A stretch of DNA of 64,000 nt from a virus, in the IMG/VR virus record IMGVR_UViG_3300023174_006137, positions 1 through 64,000 of that record. One strand, written 5' to 3'. Positions within the stretch are counted from its first letter, which is position 1, and every line of letters begins with the position of its first letter. Made by a program: the position numbers and the translations under genes. This document shows positions 8,976 through 18,551 of the stretch, one piece after another. The notes below the pieces were generated by a model. It saw nothing but the letters and a program-made list of their open reading frames with translations. It ran no database searches and was not told the DNA's origin.

Positions 8976-10362
8976 ATTAAAAATTCAAAATATAATGACT
9001 AGCGAACAATTTAAAAATTATTGTAATAGACAAGATTATTCTTATGAAATTGTGGATGATAGAATCATAGTTACTTATCGTTACAATTTTTCATTAGGTA
9101 ATTTTAAAAAATTACCTAATAATGTAACTTTTCGTAATAATGGTTATGTTAATTTACCAAACGTAGAAGAAATAAATGATACAACATTATTTGAAAATTC
9201 AGGTGATGTTCATATGATTAATAATATTGTTATTCCTGATAACTATAAAGGATTTAAAAATTCCGGGAATATATTTCCAGAAAATATAAAGTTTAAAACA
9301 CCAAATATAAAATTCTATGTTTCTGAAGAAATAAGTCTTTTTTGTGATGATAATCGTGGTAATAAATATGTTGATCAATTAAGAAACTTAGTTGATAACT
9401 ATCTTAAAAAAAATTCAGAACAAGTTACTATGATGGATTTTAATGGTGCTGATGAGGTTACTTTTTTGCCTATTAAAAATATAATTAAGTTGTATAAAAA
9501 AGCATTAGTAGATAATCCAAATTTACAAAATCGTGGAATAGATACATGGGTGAATAATAATCGAACTTTGTTATTTGGGGAAGCAAAGAAAAATGTAGTC
9601 AAAGTTGGTCGGTTTATTGCAAAATTATTTCCAGATATTACCGATGTTGAAAAAGAAGAATTCGTAACTTTGTATAAATCTTTCAAAACTGATAATGATT
9701 ATGAGTTTGAAACAATAAAAGGAGATGATATTATTACCGCTTATTGTAAAGATAACCAAGATACTAAACAAGGAACCACACTTTCTAATTCTTGTATGAA
9801 TTGGAAAAATGATGATGATAAACATCCATATAATCATCGTCTTATTAAAAAAATGTTGGAATTTTATTCCAAAAATGAAAATTGTGAATTATTAGTTTTG
9901 AGATTGAAAAATGCAAAAACCGAAAAAAGCATTAAAAAAATTGTTGTAGAGCAAGATCCGGATAATCCAATCAAACTTAAAAAAGACGGAACACCCGATA
10001 AGCGATATAAAAATCATACAAATGCTGTTCTTAAAGAAGAAATAACAGAAACTACATTTAAGAAGATAAAAGGTAGAGCATTAATTTGGCATGACTATGA
10101 AAGAGATATCCATTATATGGAGCATATTTATGCTACTAAAGCATCAGAAGATATAATGTTTGCAAACTATGCGAAAGAAAGAAATTGGGTAACTTACAAT
10201 AATAAATACGAAGATGATAAGAATAAATTATATAAAAAAATAAAAATTCCTGTTCCAAAAGAAATTGCGGATAAAGGTAGAATAAGTGATTGTGAAGATT
10301 TACCAACTTATCTCGACTCATTATATTATGATGATAATAAAAAAGTAGTATACGGCAACTAA
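8950..10362 (+). CDS. multidomain hypothetical protein (N-terminal short repeats; C-terminal SCM/GRALIW phage domain)
   Basis: LSNSCM, KGRALIW, YMEHIY, PTYLDSL; inserted KKDGTPDKRYK peptide. Confidence 0.6.
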   Translation: MKNFINKIKLKIQNIMTSEQFKNYCNRQDYSYEIVDDRIIVTYRYNFSLGNFKKLPNNVTFRNNGYVNLPNVEEINDTTLFENSGDVHMINNIVIPDNYKGFKNSGNIFPENIKFKTPNIKFYVSEEISLFCDDNRGNKYVDQLRNLVDNYLKKNSEQVTMMDFNGADEVTFLPIKNIIKLYKKALVDNPNLQNRGIDTWVNNNRTLLFGEAKKNVVKVGRFIAKLFPDITDVEKEEFVTLYKSFKTDNDYEFETIKGDDIITAYCKDNQDTKQGTTLSNSCMNWKNDDDKHPYNHRLIKKMLEFYSKNENCELLVLRLKNAKTEKSIKKIVVEQDPDNPIKLKKDGTPDKRYKNHTNAVLKEEITETTFKKIKGRALIWHDYERDIHYMEHIYATKASEDIMFANYAKERNWVTYNNKYEDDKNKLYKKIKIPVPKEIADKGRISDCEDLPTYLDSLYYDDNKKVVYGN

Positions 10363-10383
10363 TATGTATAAAAATTAATTTTT

Positions 10384-11532
10384 ATGTTTCAAACTATTAA
10401 CACAAATCTCGGATTAAAACACTATGCTTTCCCAAGCATCGGACAATTTGCTAATGTAATTGCTACGGTAAATCGTAAAGCTACCTACAAAGGTAATGAC
10501 GAACAAGATGAGCCAATTTATGATAAATTTGCTTCAAAACCAACTTTGAAATTTGTTGGCACTACTAAACTACACGGAACAAATGCTGGTGTAATTATCG
10601 ATTTTTATAATGATACTATTTACTTTGAAAGTAGAGAAAATGTGATTATACCAACACAAGATAACGCTGGATTTGCTGCTTATATGTCAACTATTCAAAC
10701 AGAATTTGCAAAAGCAATTATAGATACATTAGATTTAGAATCTACTGAATGGCACCCCAATTCAAAAGAAGATGGATTTTGGAAAGATAATGTATTAGCT
10801 ATTTATGGCGAATGGTGTGGTGGTTCTATTCAAAAATGTGTGGCGATAAATGGTTTAGAAAAAATGTTTGTTATTTTGAATGCTACAATCCGCACAAGAG
10901 AAACAACCGAATCAAGAAATTTAGATTGGTTTCCGATTGATGAAATTAAAAAAATGAAATTAACTGATAAAAAGGTTTATAACATTTACGATTTTAAAAC
11001 ATGGGAAATTCAAATTGATTTTGAGAAACATCATGAGTTTGTTAATCAAATTGTAGAAAATACTATTGCGGTTGAAGACGAATGTCCTTTTGCAAAAGAA
11101 TTTGGTAAATCTGGAATTGGTGAAGGAATTGTTTATAGGTCAATAACTGCACCATATGATACTTCTGATTTTTGGTTTAAATCAAAAGGCGAAAAACATG
11201 CTAAATCAAAAGTAAATACTTTGAAACCAGTTGATAATGATAAAATTAATCATTTAATTGAAATTGCTGAAATTGTCACAAAAAATTGGCGACTAGAACA
11301 AATGTTTAATTTAACATTTGATACAATAAATGGTGGTATTGTTACTACAGAAAAACTTGGTGACTTTATTAAAGCTGTTAATAACGATATCTGTAAAGAA
11401 GAAACTCTTCTTTTTGAAGAGGAAAATATTCAGTTTAAGGATATTGCTAAATTTGTAAGTAAAATAACAAAAGATTATTTTATGCAAATTCAGCATGAAA
11501 TGCTTACCAATCCGCAATATACGAAAGGTTAA
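10384..11532 (+). CDS. Rnl2-family RNA ligase
   Basis: Motif I KLHGTN, IYGEWCG, GEGIV, FKSK. Confidence 0.8.
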   Translation: MFQTINTNLGLKHYAFPSIGQFANVIATVNRKATYKGNDEQDEPIYDKFASKPTLKFVGTTKLHGTNAGVIIDFYNDTIYFESRENVIIPTQDNAGFAAYMSTIQTEFAKAIIDTLDLESTEWHPNSKEDGFWKDNVLAIYGEWCGGSIQKCVAINGLEKMFVILNATIRTRETTESRNLDWFPIDEIKKMKLTDKKVYNIYDFKTWEIQIDFEKHHEFVNQIVENTIAVEDECPFAKEFGKSGIGEGIVYRSITAPYDTSDFWFKSKGEKHAKSKVNTLKPVDNDKINHLIEIAEIVTKNWRLEQMFNLTFDTINGGIVTTEKLGDFIKAVNNDICKEETLLFEEENIQFKDIAKFVSKITKDYFMQIQHEMLTNPQYTKG

Positions 11533-11581
11533 GAAAAAATACAAAAAAGAAAAACACCCTAAGTTTTTAAATCTTAAAAAG

Positions 11582-11606
11582 AAAGCCACTCATATTGAGT
11601 GGCTTT
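11582..11606. terminator. bidirectional intrinsic terminator
   Basis: aaagccactca-tat-tgagtggcttt between convergent genes. Confidence 0.8.
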
Positions 11607-11608
11607 TT

Positions 11609-12022
11609 CTATTTTTTCAACATGTTTATAACATCGGATTTACAAACCATAATTTGATTACAAACCGTTTCACCTTTATGCTGAATAAAATTTTGGATAT
11701 CCAAAATTCCATTAGTCATATTAACTACATTAGCATAAGTGCTAAATTCGACACTCTTAATATATTCGTTTAATATAGAATCTAATTCTTGTTTTATTTT
11801 ATCTAAATCGGTTTCAAATAAAATAGAAGAAAGATAATTTTCTATTTTTATATTTATTTCATCCTTTATTTTTTGTGTTTTTAATTCTTTTTCGATAAAT
11901 AATCTTAACCTTTTACTCATATCATAACCTTTTTCTTCACAAAAGGTTCGGTAATTATTTAACAATTCATTATCTAATCTAATTGTTAAGTTACCTGTTT
12001 TTCTGCTACCATCTTTTTCCAT
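11609..12022 (-). CDS. ribbon-helix-helix-like domain protein
   Basis: N-terminal NLTIRLDNELLNNYRTFCEEKGYDMSKRLRLFI pattern; start overlaps the 3' end of the GIY-YIG gene. Confidence 0.6.
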   Translation of the reverse strand: MEKDGSRKTGNLTIRLDNELLNNYRTFCEEKGYDMSKRLRLFIEKELKTQKIKDEINIKIENYLSSILFETDLDKIKQELDSILNEYIKSVEFSTYANVVNMTNGILDIQNFIQHKGETVCNQIMVCKSDVINMLKK

Positions 12023-12701
12023 TTTCAAATCTTTTTGATTTTCTTATACCATTATCATGTAGTATTCTACTAACAATCATAATGGTTAATTTTAATTCTT
12101 TAGCAATACTTTTAATGGGTTTACCTTCATTGAACCCAATAATAACTAAATTTATTTCTTCTTTTGTTACATTCTTGCTATTTGTTTCTTTGCATTTATC
12201 CCGATTTATTTTTATACTTTCGGATTTCAAGAATCTTGTTATTCGTTGTTTAGTTATACTATAGTTTTTAACTATTTGCCTAATTGATAATCCAATAATT
12301 AAATAATCGTTTTTTATTTTCTCTTTTAAATCCGAAGTTAAAGGCATGTAATCTTTACATCCTTTAGTTTTTAATTGTTTAGAAATTATTTCATTAAAAT
12401 TAGGATTATTTGTAATAGTATTACCGCCATCTCCTCCCTCAGTTAAATTATAACCGTATTCTATATTATTAGATTTATATTTTTCAATATAAAGTTTTTC
12501 AAAATAATCAGCCATTTCTTCATTACAATTTTCTATTATATGCCAAATTATATTGGCACCATATTTTCTGAATGCTTTATATAACAATAATGTATTACCA
12601 TTTTTTGCATTATAGTAATGATGATATTTTCTGTTTTCTAAATCTTTTGTTTTACCAATATATACTTTACCATTAGGAAATTCAATCTTATATATTAACA
12701 T
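12006..12701 (-). CDS. GIY-YIG homing endonuclease
   Basis: LIYKI..KVYIGKT..R, EKLYI, GYNLTEGGDG; C-terminal HTH-like repeats. Confidence 0.85.
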   Translation of the reverse strand: MLIYKIEFPNGKVYIGKTKDLENRKYHHYYNAKNGNTLLLYKAFRKYGANIIWHIIENCNEEMADYFEKLYIEKYKSNNIEYGYNLTEGGDGGNTITNNPNFNEIISKQLKTKGCKDYMPLTSDLKEKIKNDYLIIGLSIRQIVKNYSITKQRITRFLKSESIKINRDKCKETNSKNVTKEEINLVIIGFNEGKPIKSIAKELKLTIMIVSRILHDNGIRKSKRFENGKRW

Positions 12702-12794
12702 ATCATTACATTTATTTACATTATATATTAAATTAATCTAACCTTGTTTAAACAAATTTATTTTTATTAGTATAAAAATAAAAATAAATTAATA

Positions 12795-13976
12795 ATGAAT
12801 AGAATAGTTATTTCGCAGATAGTTAAAGATGAAGCACATTGCATCTTAACTTCACTTAATTCCGCAATTAAAAATATTTGTGACATGGTGGTGTATGTAG
12901 ATACAGGCTCAACAGACAACACAAAGGAAATTATTTTAAATTGGGGTAAAGAAAATAATATACCTGCTTATGTTTTTGATAAACCTTTTGATAATTTTGA
13001 AAATTGCAGGAATCATGCCATGGAAATGGCTAGACAAATGATAGACAAACATGGTTGGAAAAGAGAAGAAACTTGGACAATGTGGCTCGATGCTGATGAA
13101 ACTGCGGTAATAGATCCAAAAGTTTTTAATAAAGAAAAGATGGATAAAGATCTTTATATGGCAAATACTTTTATAGGTAATATGAAATATACAAGAAATA
13201 CTTTTGGTAGAACTTCAAAGCCTTTTAAATTTTACGGACCAGTTCACGAGTTTATTATCTGCGAAGACCCAAATATAACTTCGGCACTTTTAGAAGGTTA
13301 TTGGGTTGATGTTAAAATGATTGGTGCTTCATGGAAAGGTAATATTGCTGATAAATATAAAAAACATGCTTCAATTTTGGAAGATTATATTGATAACAAA
13401 GATAGAAATTCCAGATGGGTATTTTACACAGCTCAATCTTACCATGATTCAGCAACACTTCCTGATAATCGTGAAGAAAACGAAGAAAGGTTGCGCCGTT
13501 CAATTAAATATTACAGAGAAAGAGTCAATCGTTTAGATGGTTATGAAGAAGAAAGATTTTATTCTCAATTCCGTATTGGGACAATTATGACTGCTCTTGA
13601 AATGCCTTGGCAAGAAACACATCAAGAATTAATGAAAGCTTATGCTATGGATCCTCGTAGAGCGGAACCTATTAAAGCAATTATTGACCATTATTTAATG
13701 ACTCAAGAATGGCATTTAGCATATATTTATACTAAATTTGCTGTTACAACTTTACACAATAATAATCCATATCCTTCAGCACTTTTATTCGTTGATGAAG
13801 CATTATATAATTGGAGATTTTTAGAAGTTCATGCTGCTGCTTGTGTATACACTGGTAAAAAAGAAGAAGGTAAAACAACTTTTAATCAATTATTAGATTG
13901 TTTAAGAAAAAATCCACAATGGTTTAATCCTGACGAAGTTCAGAAAATCAATATGAATGCTCAATTTTTCAAATAA
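12795..13976 (+). CDS. GT2-family glycosyltransferase with TPR-like C-terminus
   Basis: IVKDEA, VDTGSTD, LDADE, GPVHE, R.VFYTAQSY followed by helical repeats. Confidence 0.8.
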   Translation: MNRIVISQIVKDEAHCILTSLNSAIKNICDMVVYVDTGSTDNTKEIILNWGKENNIPAYVFDKPFDNFENCRNHAMEMARQMIDKHGWKREETWTMWLDADETAVIDPKVFNKEKMDKDLYMANTFIGNMKYTRNTFGRTSKPFKFYGPVHEFIICEDPNITSALLEGYWVDVKMIGASWKGNIADKYKKHASILEDYIDNKDRNSRWVFYTAQSYHDSATLPDNREENEERLRRSIKYYRERVNRLDGYEEERFYSQFRIGTIMTALEMPWQETHQELMKAYAMDPRRAEPIKAIIDHYLMTQEWHLAYIYTKFAVTTLHNNNPYPSALLFVDEALYNWRFLEVHAAACVYTGKKEEGKTTFNQLLDCLRKNPQWFNPDEVQKINMNAQFFK

Positions 13977-14063
13977 GATTTGATTATTCAAAACGATTTT
14001 TTTGCTTGTTTTTAAGCGAAATTTCGCTCTTAAAATCAAAAATAGTATCTAAGCATAGACGAG

Positions 14064-14093
14064 AAAACTGCTCAAAATTTGAGCAGTTTTTTT
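14064..14093 (+). terminator. intrinsic terminator
   Basis: aaaactgctcaaa-a-tttgagcagtttt plus T run. Confidence 0.8.
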
Positions 14094-14107
14094 GTTTTAA
14101 TATTTTT

Positions 14108-14116
14108 TAATATATA
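14108..14116 (+). promoter_or_regulatory. putative late promoter TAATATATA
   Basis: Exact motif 6 nt upstream of the ATG at 14123; recurs before the structural genes. Confidence 0.55.
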
Positions 14117-14122
14117 AGAAAT

Positions 14123-14383
14123 ATGAAATATCTTAAAAAATTTTTAGAATCACAAGGAAATTATAGTAAATCTACAAATGATTTAAAGCGTATGCAACAT
14201 ACTAATTCAGTTGGTAATGAATCACCAATTAAAAAAGAATTAGATGGTGAATTAATAGATGACGAAGAAGCGGAAAATATAGATATTCCCTATGATTTAA
14301 GTTATACAGGACATATAAAATCGCCACAATATAATATTCGTTTAAGAAAAACTCCAAAAGAGCCAAAAATAAATAACTGCTAA
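14123..14383 (+). CDS. hypothetical protein with MKYLKKFLES leader
   Basis: Shared N-terminal leader motif. Confidence 0.65.
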   Translation: MKYLKKFLESQGNYSKSTNDLKRMQHTNSVGNESPIKKELDGELIDDEEAENIDIPYDLSYTGHIKSPQYNIRLRKTPKEPKINNC

Positions 14384-14817
14384 TGACAAAAATATATAAC
14401 AAATTTAATAATTTTTTAGGAAATAAATTATCATTTTCTTTATCAACTATGGAAATGTTTTATATAGTATTAATACTTGTAGTATTTCCATTATTTTTCC
14501 AAACTCCTCAAAATTTAATTGGTTGGATACAATATATTTCAACTGCAATTTTACAAGCAATAGCATTACCATTATTAGGCTATACTACCAGAAAAAGTGG
14601 CGAAAAACAAGAAAAAGTAATTAACGATACACATGCAATTTTATTAAAAGAGATAAAGGCAAATAGAGAATTGCATAAGCAACAAATAGAAATGATTAAC
14701 ACAAATAAGGAATACCATCAGCAACAGATAGAATTAATGAAAGAAATAAAAGAAGTACATTTGTTGCTTGAAAAAGAAACTAAAAAAGAAACTAAACCAA
14801 AAACAAAAGGAAAATAA
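14383..14817 (+). CDS. membrane protein with coiled-coil C-terminus
   Basis: Two hydrophobic segments followed by a Q/E/K heptad region. Confidence 0.65.
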   Translation: MTKIYNKFNNFLGNKLSFSLSTMEMFYIVLILVVFPLFFQTPQNLIGWIQYISTAILQAIALPLLGYTTRKSGEKQEKVINDTHAILLKEIKANRELHKQQIEMINTNKEYHQQQIELMKEIKEVHLLLEKETKKETKPKTKGK

Positions 14818-15866
14818 TGAAATACTTAAAACATTATAAATTATTTGAATCATATTATAACAATAAAATACTTTATCATGGTGGATTAGAAGGTTTCTAT
14901 GATGAAGAAACTGGTAAAAATATGTTTAATAGATTCGATAAATTTTCTAAACGAACTGCTTATTTTGCAGATAATCCAAATTTTGCTATTGATTATGCTG
15001 ATATGAAATCGATGGATGGTGGATATGATGCTGATATCTATCTGTATACTTGTCATTTTACTGGCAATTTATTTGAGTATAATAATAAAGAAGATATGGA
15101 TAAATTAATTCCATTAATACCTGAAGAAGTTGAAATTTCAGATGGAACATTTTGGTTTTTAACAGGTAAAATACCTAAAAAAGAATTTATTAAAAATTTA
15201 CAAGGAATTGAAACAATTGAACCAATACCACAATTTGTTAATGCTAAAATTGGCGAAAGAGTAAAGTATGATAGTGATACGCAAATAATTGTTGATAGAG
15301 ATGATAAATATGTTTATAGCATTAAACAAGATACTTTCAATAGCTATAAAAATTCTTCTTCTATGGGTTATAATGAACATTTTAGCAATTATACTAAATA
15401 TAAAGATATATTTGAACCATGGCGCAATGCGATTGTAGACGCTTACAATCGCAATACAGGTAAAAATCATTCATATCCTAAATATTCTACTTTTAATCGA
15501 TTTTATCATACATACGAATATGCAAAAAAAGGATATAATATTGATTATGTCGCATATAATGATCGTAATGATAAAGAATTATTTACAAAAGATGATATAA
15601 CTAAAATTGATTCATTATATAATGATTGTTTGAAGAAATTTGAAGAAACAGCATATAAAGAATTGAACAGAAATAAATGGGTCATCAACGAAGAAGAAAA
15701 ATCAATGGGTAGCAATTGGAATTATTATGAAACTTCTATTATAACAAAATTAATCTTAGAATTAGGTTATGATGGTTATGTTGCATTAGAAAAAAAGCAT
15801 AAAACTTATGCTATTTATAATCCACATGAAACAATTGAAATAATTAAAACGGAAAGAATAAGATGA
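14817..15866 (+). CDS. putative ADP-ribosyltransferase-fold protein (ART-PolyVal-like), leader-bearing
   Basis: ILYHGG, FDKF, YFADNPNFAIDYA, GYDGY, TYAIYNP; MKYLKHYKLFES leader. Confidence 0.55.
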   Translation: MKYLKHYKLFESYYNNKILYHGGLEGFYDEETGKNMFNRFDKFSKRTAYFADNPNFAIDYADMKSMDGGYDADIYLYTCHFTGNLFEYNNKEDMDKLIPLIPEEVEISDGTFWFLTGKIPKKEFIKNLQGIETIEPIPQFVNAKIGERVKYDSDTQIIVDRDDKYVYSIKQDTFNSYKNSSSMGYNEHFSNYTKYKDIFEPWRNAIVDAYNRNTGKNHSYPKYSTFNRFYHTYEYAKKGYNIDYVAYNDRNDKELFTKDDITKIDSLYNDCLKKFEETAYKELNRNKWVINEEEKSMGSNWNYYETSIITKLILELGYDGYVALEKKHKTYAIYNPHETIEIIKTERIR

Positions 15867-16957
15867 GATATTTAAAATATTATAAACTATTTGAAGCGCA
15901 TTATACCGATAAAATACTTTATCATGGTGGTTTGCATGGTTATTATGAAGAAGAAACTGGTAAAAATAAATTTAATAAATTTACAAAATTTCATAATCAA
16001 TTATCTTTTTTTTCAGATAACGAAAACTTTGCTATGGATTATGCTAATATGAAGTCAATGGATGGTGGTTATGATGCTGATAGAATCTTATATACATGTA
16101 AATTTACTGGTAATTTATTTGAACCATGGAATAAAGAAGATATGGATAAACTAATAAAAGAATTACCGGATGATGAAACAGTAATTAGACATCCATCTCA
16201 ACATTATTTAACTAAAAAAATTGATAAAAAAACATTAATAGATGGTATACAAGGATTCAAAACAGTTTATCCATTAGATAATATTGAAAATTTTAAAATT
16301 GGTGATTTGATAACAAGTCAAAGCTATGAACATGATAAATTTATCATATTTAAAAAAGATAAAAATTGGTTATATACCGTATACAAAAAAACATATAATA
16401 GAGTTTTATCTGCTTCTTCTCGTGGTTATAGTGAGAATTTTAGGCATGAAGTTAGATATAAAAAAATATTTGAAACATGGCGTAATGCTATTGTTGATTT
16501 ATGGAATAAAAAAATGAATGACGATGTTAAATATCAAAGCAGTGGATTAATAGGTTCTACAAAAACAACATATGAATTACAAATTGTAATGTATGCATAT
16601 GAAAAAGCTTCTGAAAATCCTGGTTTTCCAGCAAAAAGTAAAATGGTGGATCAAGATTTCGTTGTATCAAAACAAGAAGTATTTAAGATAAATCAATTGT
16701 GGAAAGAAGCTGTAGAAAAATTTAACCGTGTATATTTCAAAGAAGCACCTGTTACAAAATACACACTAAAACCTATTAAAGTTTCAATTAAAGAAGGATT
16801 GCATGGTAATTTTATATATTTCGAAAATGACGTTGTTGCTAATGCAATTCACAAATTAGGTTATGATGGATATATTGCTTATGAAGAAGGACATAAAACT
16901 TATGCCATCTACGAACCAGATAAAACTGTTAAAATAATTGATATTAAAGTAAATTAA
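15863..16957 (+). CDS. putative ADP-ribosyltransferase-fold protein, paralog of the preceding gene
   Basis: ILYHGG, FFSDNENFAMDYA, GYDGY, TYAIYEP; MRYLKYYKLFEA leader. Confidence 0.55.
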   Translation: MRYLKYYKLFEAHYTDKILYHGGLHGYYEEETGKNKFNKFTKFHNQLSFFSDNENFAMDYANMKSMDGGYDADRILYTCKFTGNLFEPWNKEDMDKLIKELPDDETVIRHPSQHYLTKKIDKKTLIDGIQGFKTVYPLDNIENFKIGDLITSQSYEHDKFIIFKKDKNWLYTVYKKTYNRVLSASSRGYSENFRHEVRYKKIFETWRNAIVDLWNKKMNDDVKYQSSGLIGSTKTTYELQIVMYAYEKASENPGFPAKSKMVDQDFVVSKQEVFKINQLWKEAVEKFNRVYFKEAPVTKYTLKPIKVSIKEGLHGNFIYFENDVVANAIHKLGYDGYIAYEEGHKTYAIYEPDKTVKIIDIKVN

Positions 16958-16960
16958 ACT

Positions 16961-17902
16961 TTAAACTATCATATTGTTAATTTTTTCCTCATATTTTTTA
17001 ATAAATTTAATTTTGCCTTCCAAATATAATTTTATCAATTCTTCCTTTTTAATTTTAAAACAATCAACATATTTAAATATTAAATTTTTTTTAGCACAAT
17101 CATTTTTAGCAAATTGTGCCTTTAATTTATTGATTTCCGTATTTTGTAATTTTTTAGGTTTGCATTCAACAACATATTTATTTTCAATGATAAAATCTGG
17201 AAAATAATTCTTTGAAACGCCATTTAACACATAAGTTATTTTATTTTTCTTTTTTTCGCCATTTTCCCATTTTAGATTGAATCTTTCTATAACAAATAAC
17301 ATATAAGATAATTCTAATAAACTTCTAAAATACCATCCTTTATACCAACCAGACCAACCATTTCCAGAGCCTATCGGAGAAGGTTTTCCATACATTGGAT
17401 TATTTACACCGCTATTTATTATTGATAACTTTTCCTTAAATTTATCATTTTTTTCATTTGCTATTTTTTCCCCATAATTAATTACCCACCATTCATAATT
17501 TGTTTTTTGATAAATATTTATATTGCCCTTTTTAAATTCGGTATTTATTGAATATCTTTTACCTTTATGTATATTTTTAAAATATTTTTTAACATCGTCT
17601 GTATGATGTTTTCCAAAAAAAGGATTATTTATACCAGCATATTTTTCTTGTTTTATTTTAGCCATGCATTTATTACATTTTTTGTTTTCATTTTCACATC
17701 TTATTCTATTTTTAACATCTTTATGTGTAGTTTTTTCGCCACAAAAATTACATACACGATATAACCTATTGTCAATAATATTATTATCTTTCATTATTTT
17801 AAACATAGTTTTTCTATGTATATTTAAAAAAATACAAATTTTCGAATATGAAGTATCTCCAATATGTGCTTCAATATATTCTATTTTTTCTTTTTCTGTC
17901 AT
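16961..17902 (-). CDS. homing-type endonuclease: NUMOD3 repeats plus TnsA-like PD-(D/E)XK domain
   Basis: NNPFFGKHHT, NNPMYGK, FRSLLE, YFPDF..VVECKP. Confidence 0.75.
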   Translation of the reverse strand: MTEKEKIEYIEAHIGDTSYSKICIFLNIHRKTMFKIMKDNNIIDNRLYRVCNFCGEKTTHKDVKNRIRCENENKKCNKCMAKIKQEKYAGINNPFFGKHHTDDVKKYFKNIHKGKRYSINTEFKKGNINIYQKTNYEWWVINYGEKIANEKNDKFKEKLSIINSGVNNPMYGKPSPIGSGNGWSGWYKGWYFRSLLELSYMLFVIERFNLKWENGEKKKNKITYVLNGVSKNYFPDFIIENKYVVECKPKKLQNTEINKLKAQFAKNDCAKKNLIFKYVDCFKIKKEELIKLYLEGKIKFIKKYEEKINNMIV

Positions 17903-17920
17903 AAACAATTATTATTTTAA

Positions 17921-17932
17921 TAATATATATTA
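17921..17932. promoter_or_regulatory. palindromic TAATATATATTA (late motif on both strands) between divergent genes
   Basis: TAATATATA reads on both strands between 17902(-) and 17972(+). Confidence 0.45.
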
Positions 17933-17971
17933 AATCCGAAAGACGGAAAAGCAAAAAAAGTAAAAAAAAAA

Positions 17972-18523
17972 ATGTCGAATATTATAACTCTAATTGGTGC
18001 TCCAAGTTGTGGTAAATCAACATTAGCTACTTCGGTACACACAGAACTTAAAAAATTGGGTAAAAATTCTATATTTATTCCAGAAGTAGCAACTGATTAT
18101 ATTGCTGAATTTGGCATACCAAACGAACCAATTGATCAATTGGTTATTTTTTATAAACAATTAAACGATGAAAGAATGTTTATTGGTTCAAAAGATTTTA
18201 TAGTTTGTGATTCTTCTGGAATGTTAAATTATTTTTACTTTAGAAGGCTATTTAAAATGCCATTACGAAATAAAGATATTGCAATAATAAATCATATGCA
18301 AAAAGAAATTTTAAAATCTTTAAATCAATGGAATCATATTTTTTATTTACCAGTAATGTTAGACAATACAAACGATGGTATAAGATTTCACAATAAAGAA
18401 GAAATAATTATGATAGATAAAATGATAAAATCATGGTTAGAATTAGAAAATATACCTCATACCGATTTATCAAATGTAAAATTAAAAGATAGAACAGATT
18501 TTATATTAAATATATTAATTTAA
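17972..18523 (+). CDS. NadR-like P-loop kinase/ATPase
   Basis: GAPSCGKST Walker A, PEVATDY, IVCDS, NDGIR. Confidence 0.75.
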   Translation: MSNIITLIGAPSCGKSTLATSVHTELKKLGKNSIFIPEVATDYIAEFGIPNEPIDQLVIFYKQLNDERMFIGSKDFIVCDSSGMLNYFYFRRLFKMPLRNKDIAIINHMQKEILKSLNQWNHIFYLPVMLDNTNDGIRFHNKEEIIMIDKMIKSWLELENIPHTDLSNVKLKDRTDFILNILI

Positions 18524-18550
18524 AAAACCACTCAATTGAGTGGTTTTTTA
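18521..18550. terminator. bidirectional intrinsic terminator
   Basis: Perfect 30-bp palindrome taaaaaaccactcaattgagtggtttttta between convergent genes. Confidence 0.85.
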
Positions 18551-18551
18551 T

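Noticed and set aside
16961-17902. Tn7-like transposon (TnsA domain)
   Set aside because: No TnsB/C/D or transposon ends; the NUMOD3 fusion indicates a free-standing homing-type nuclease
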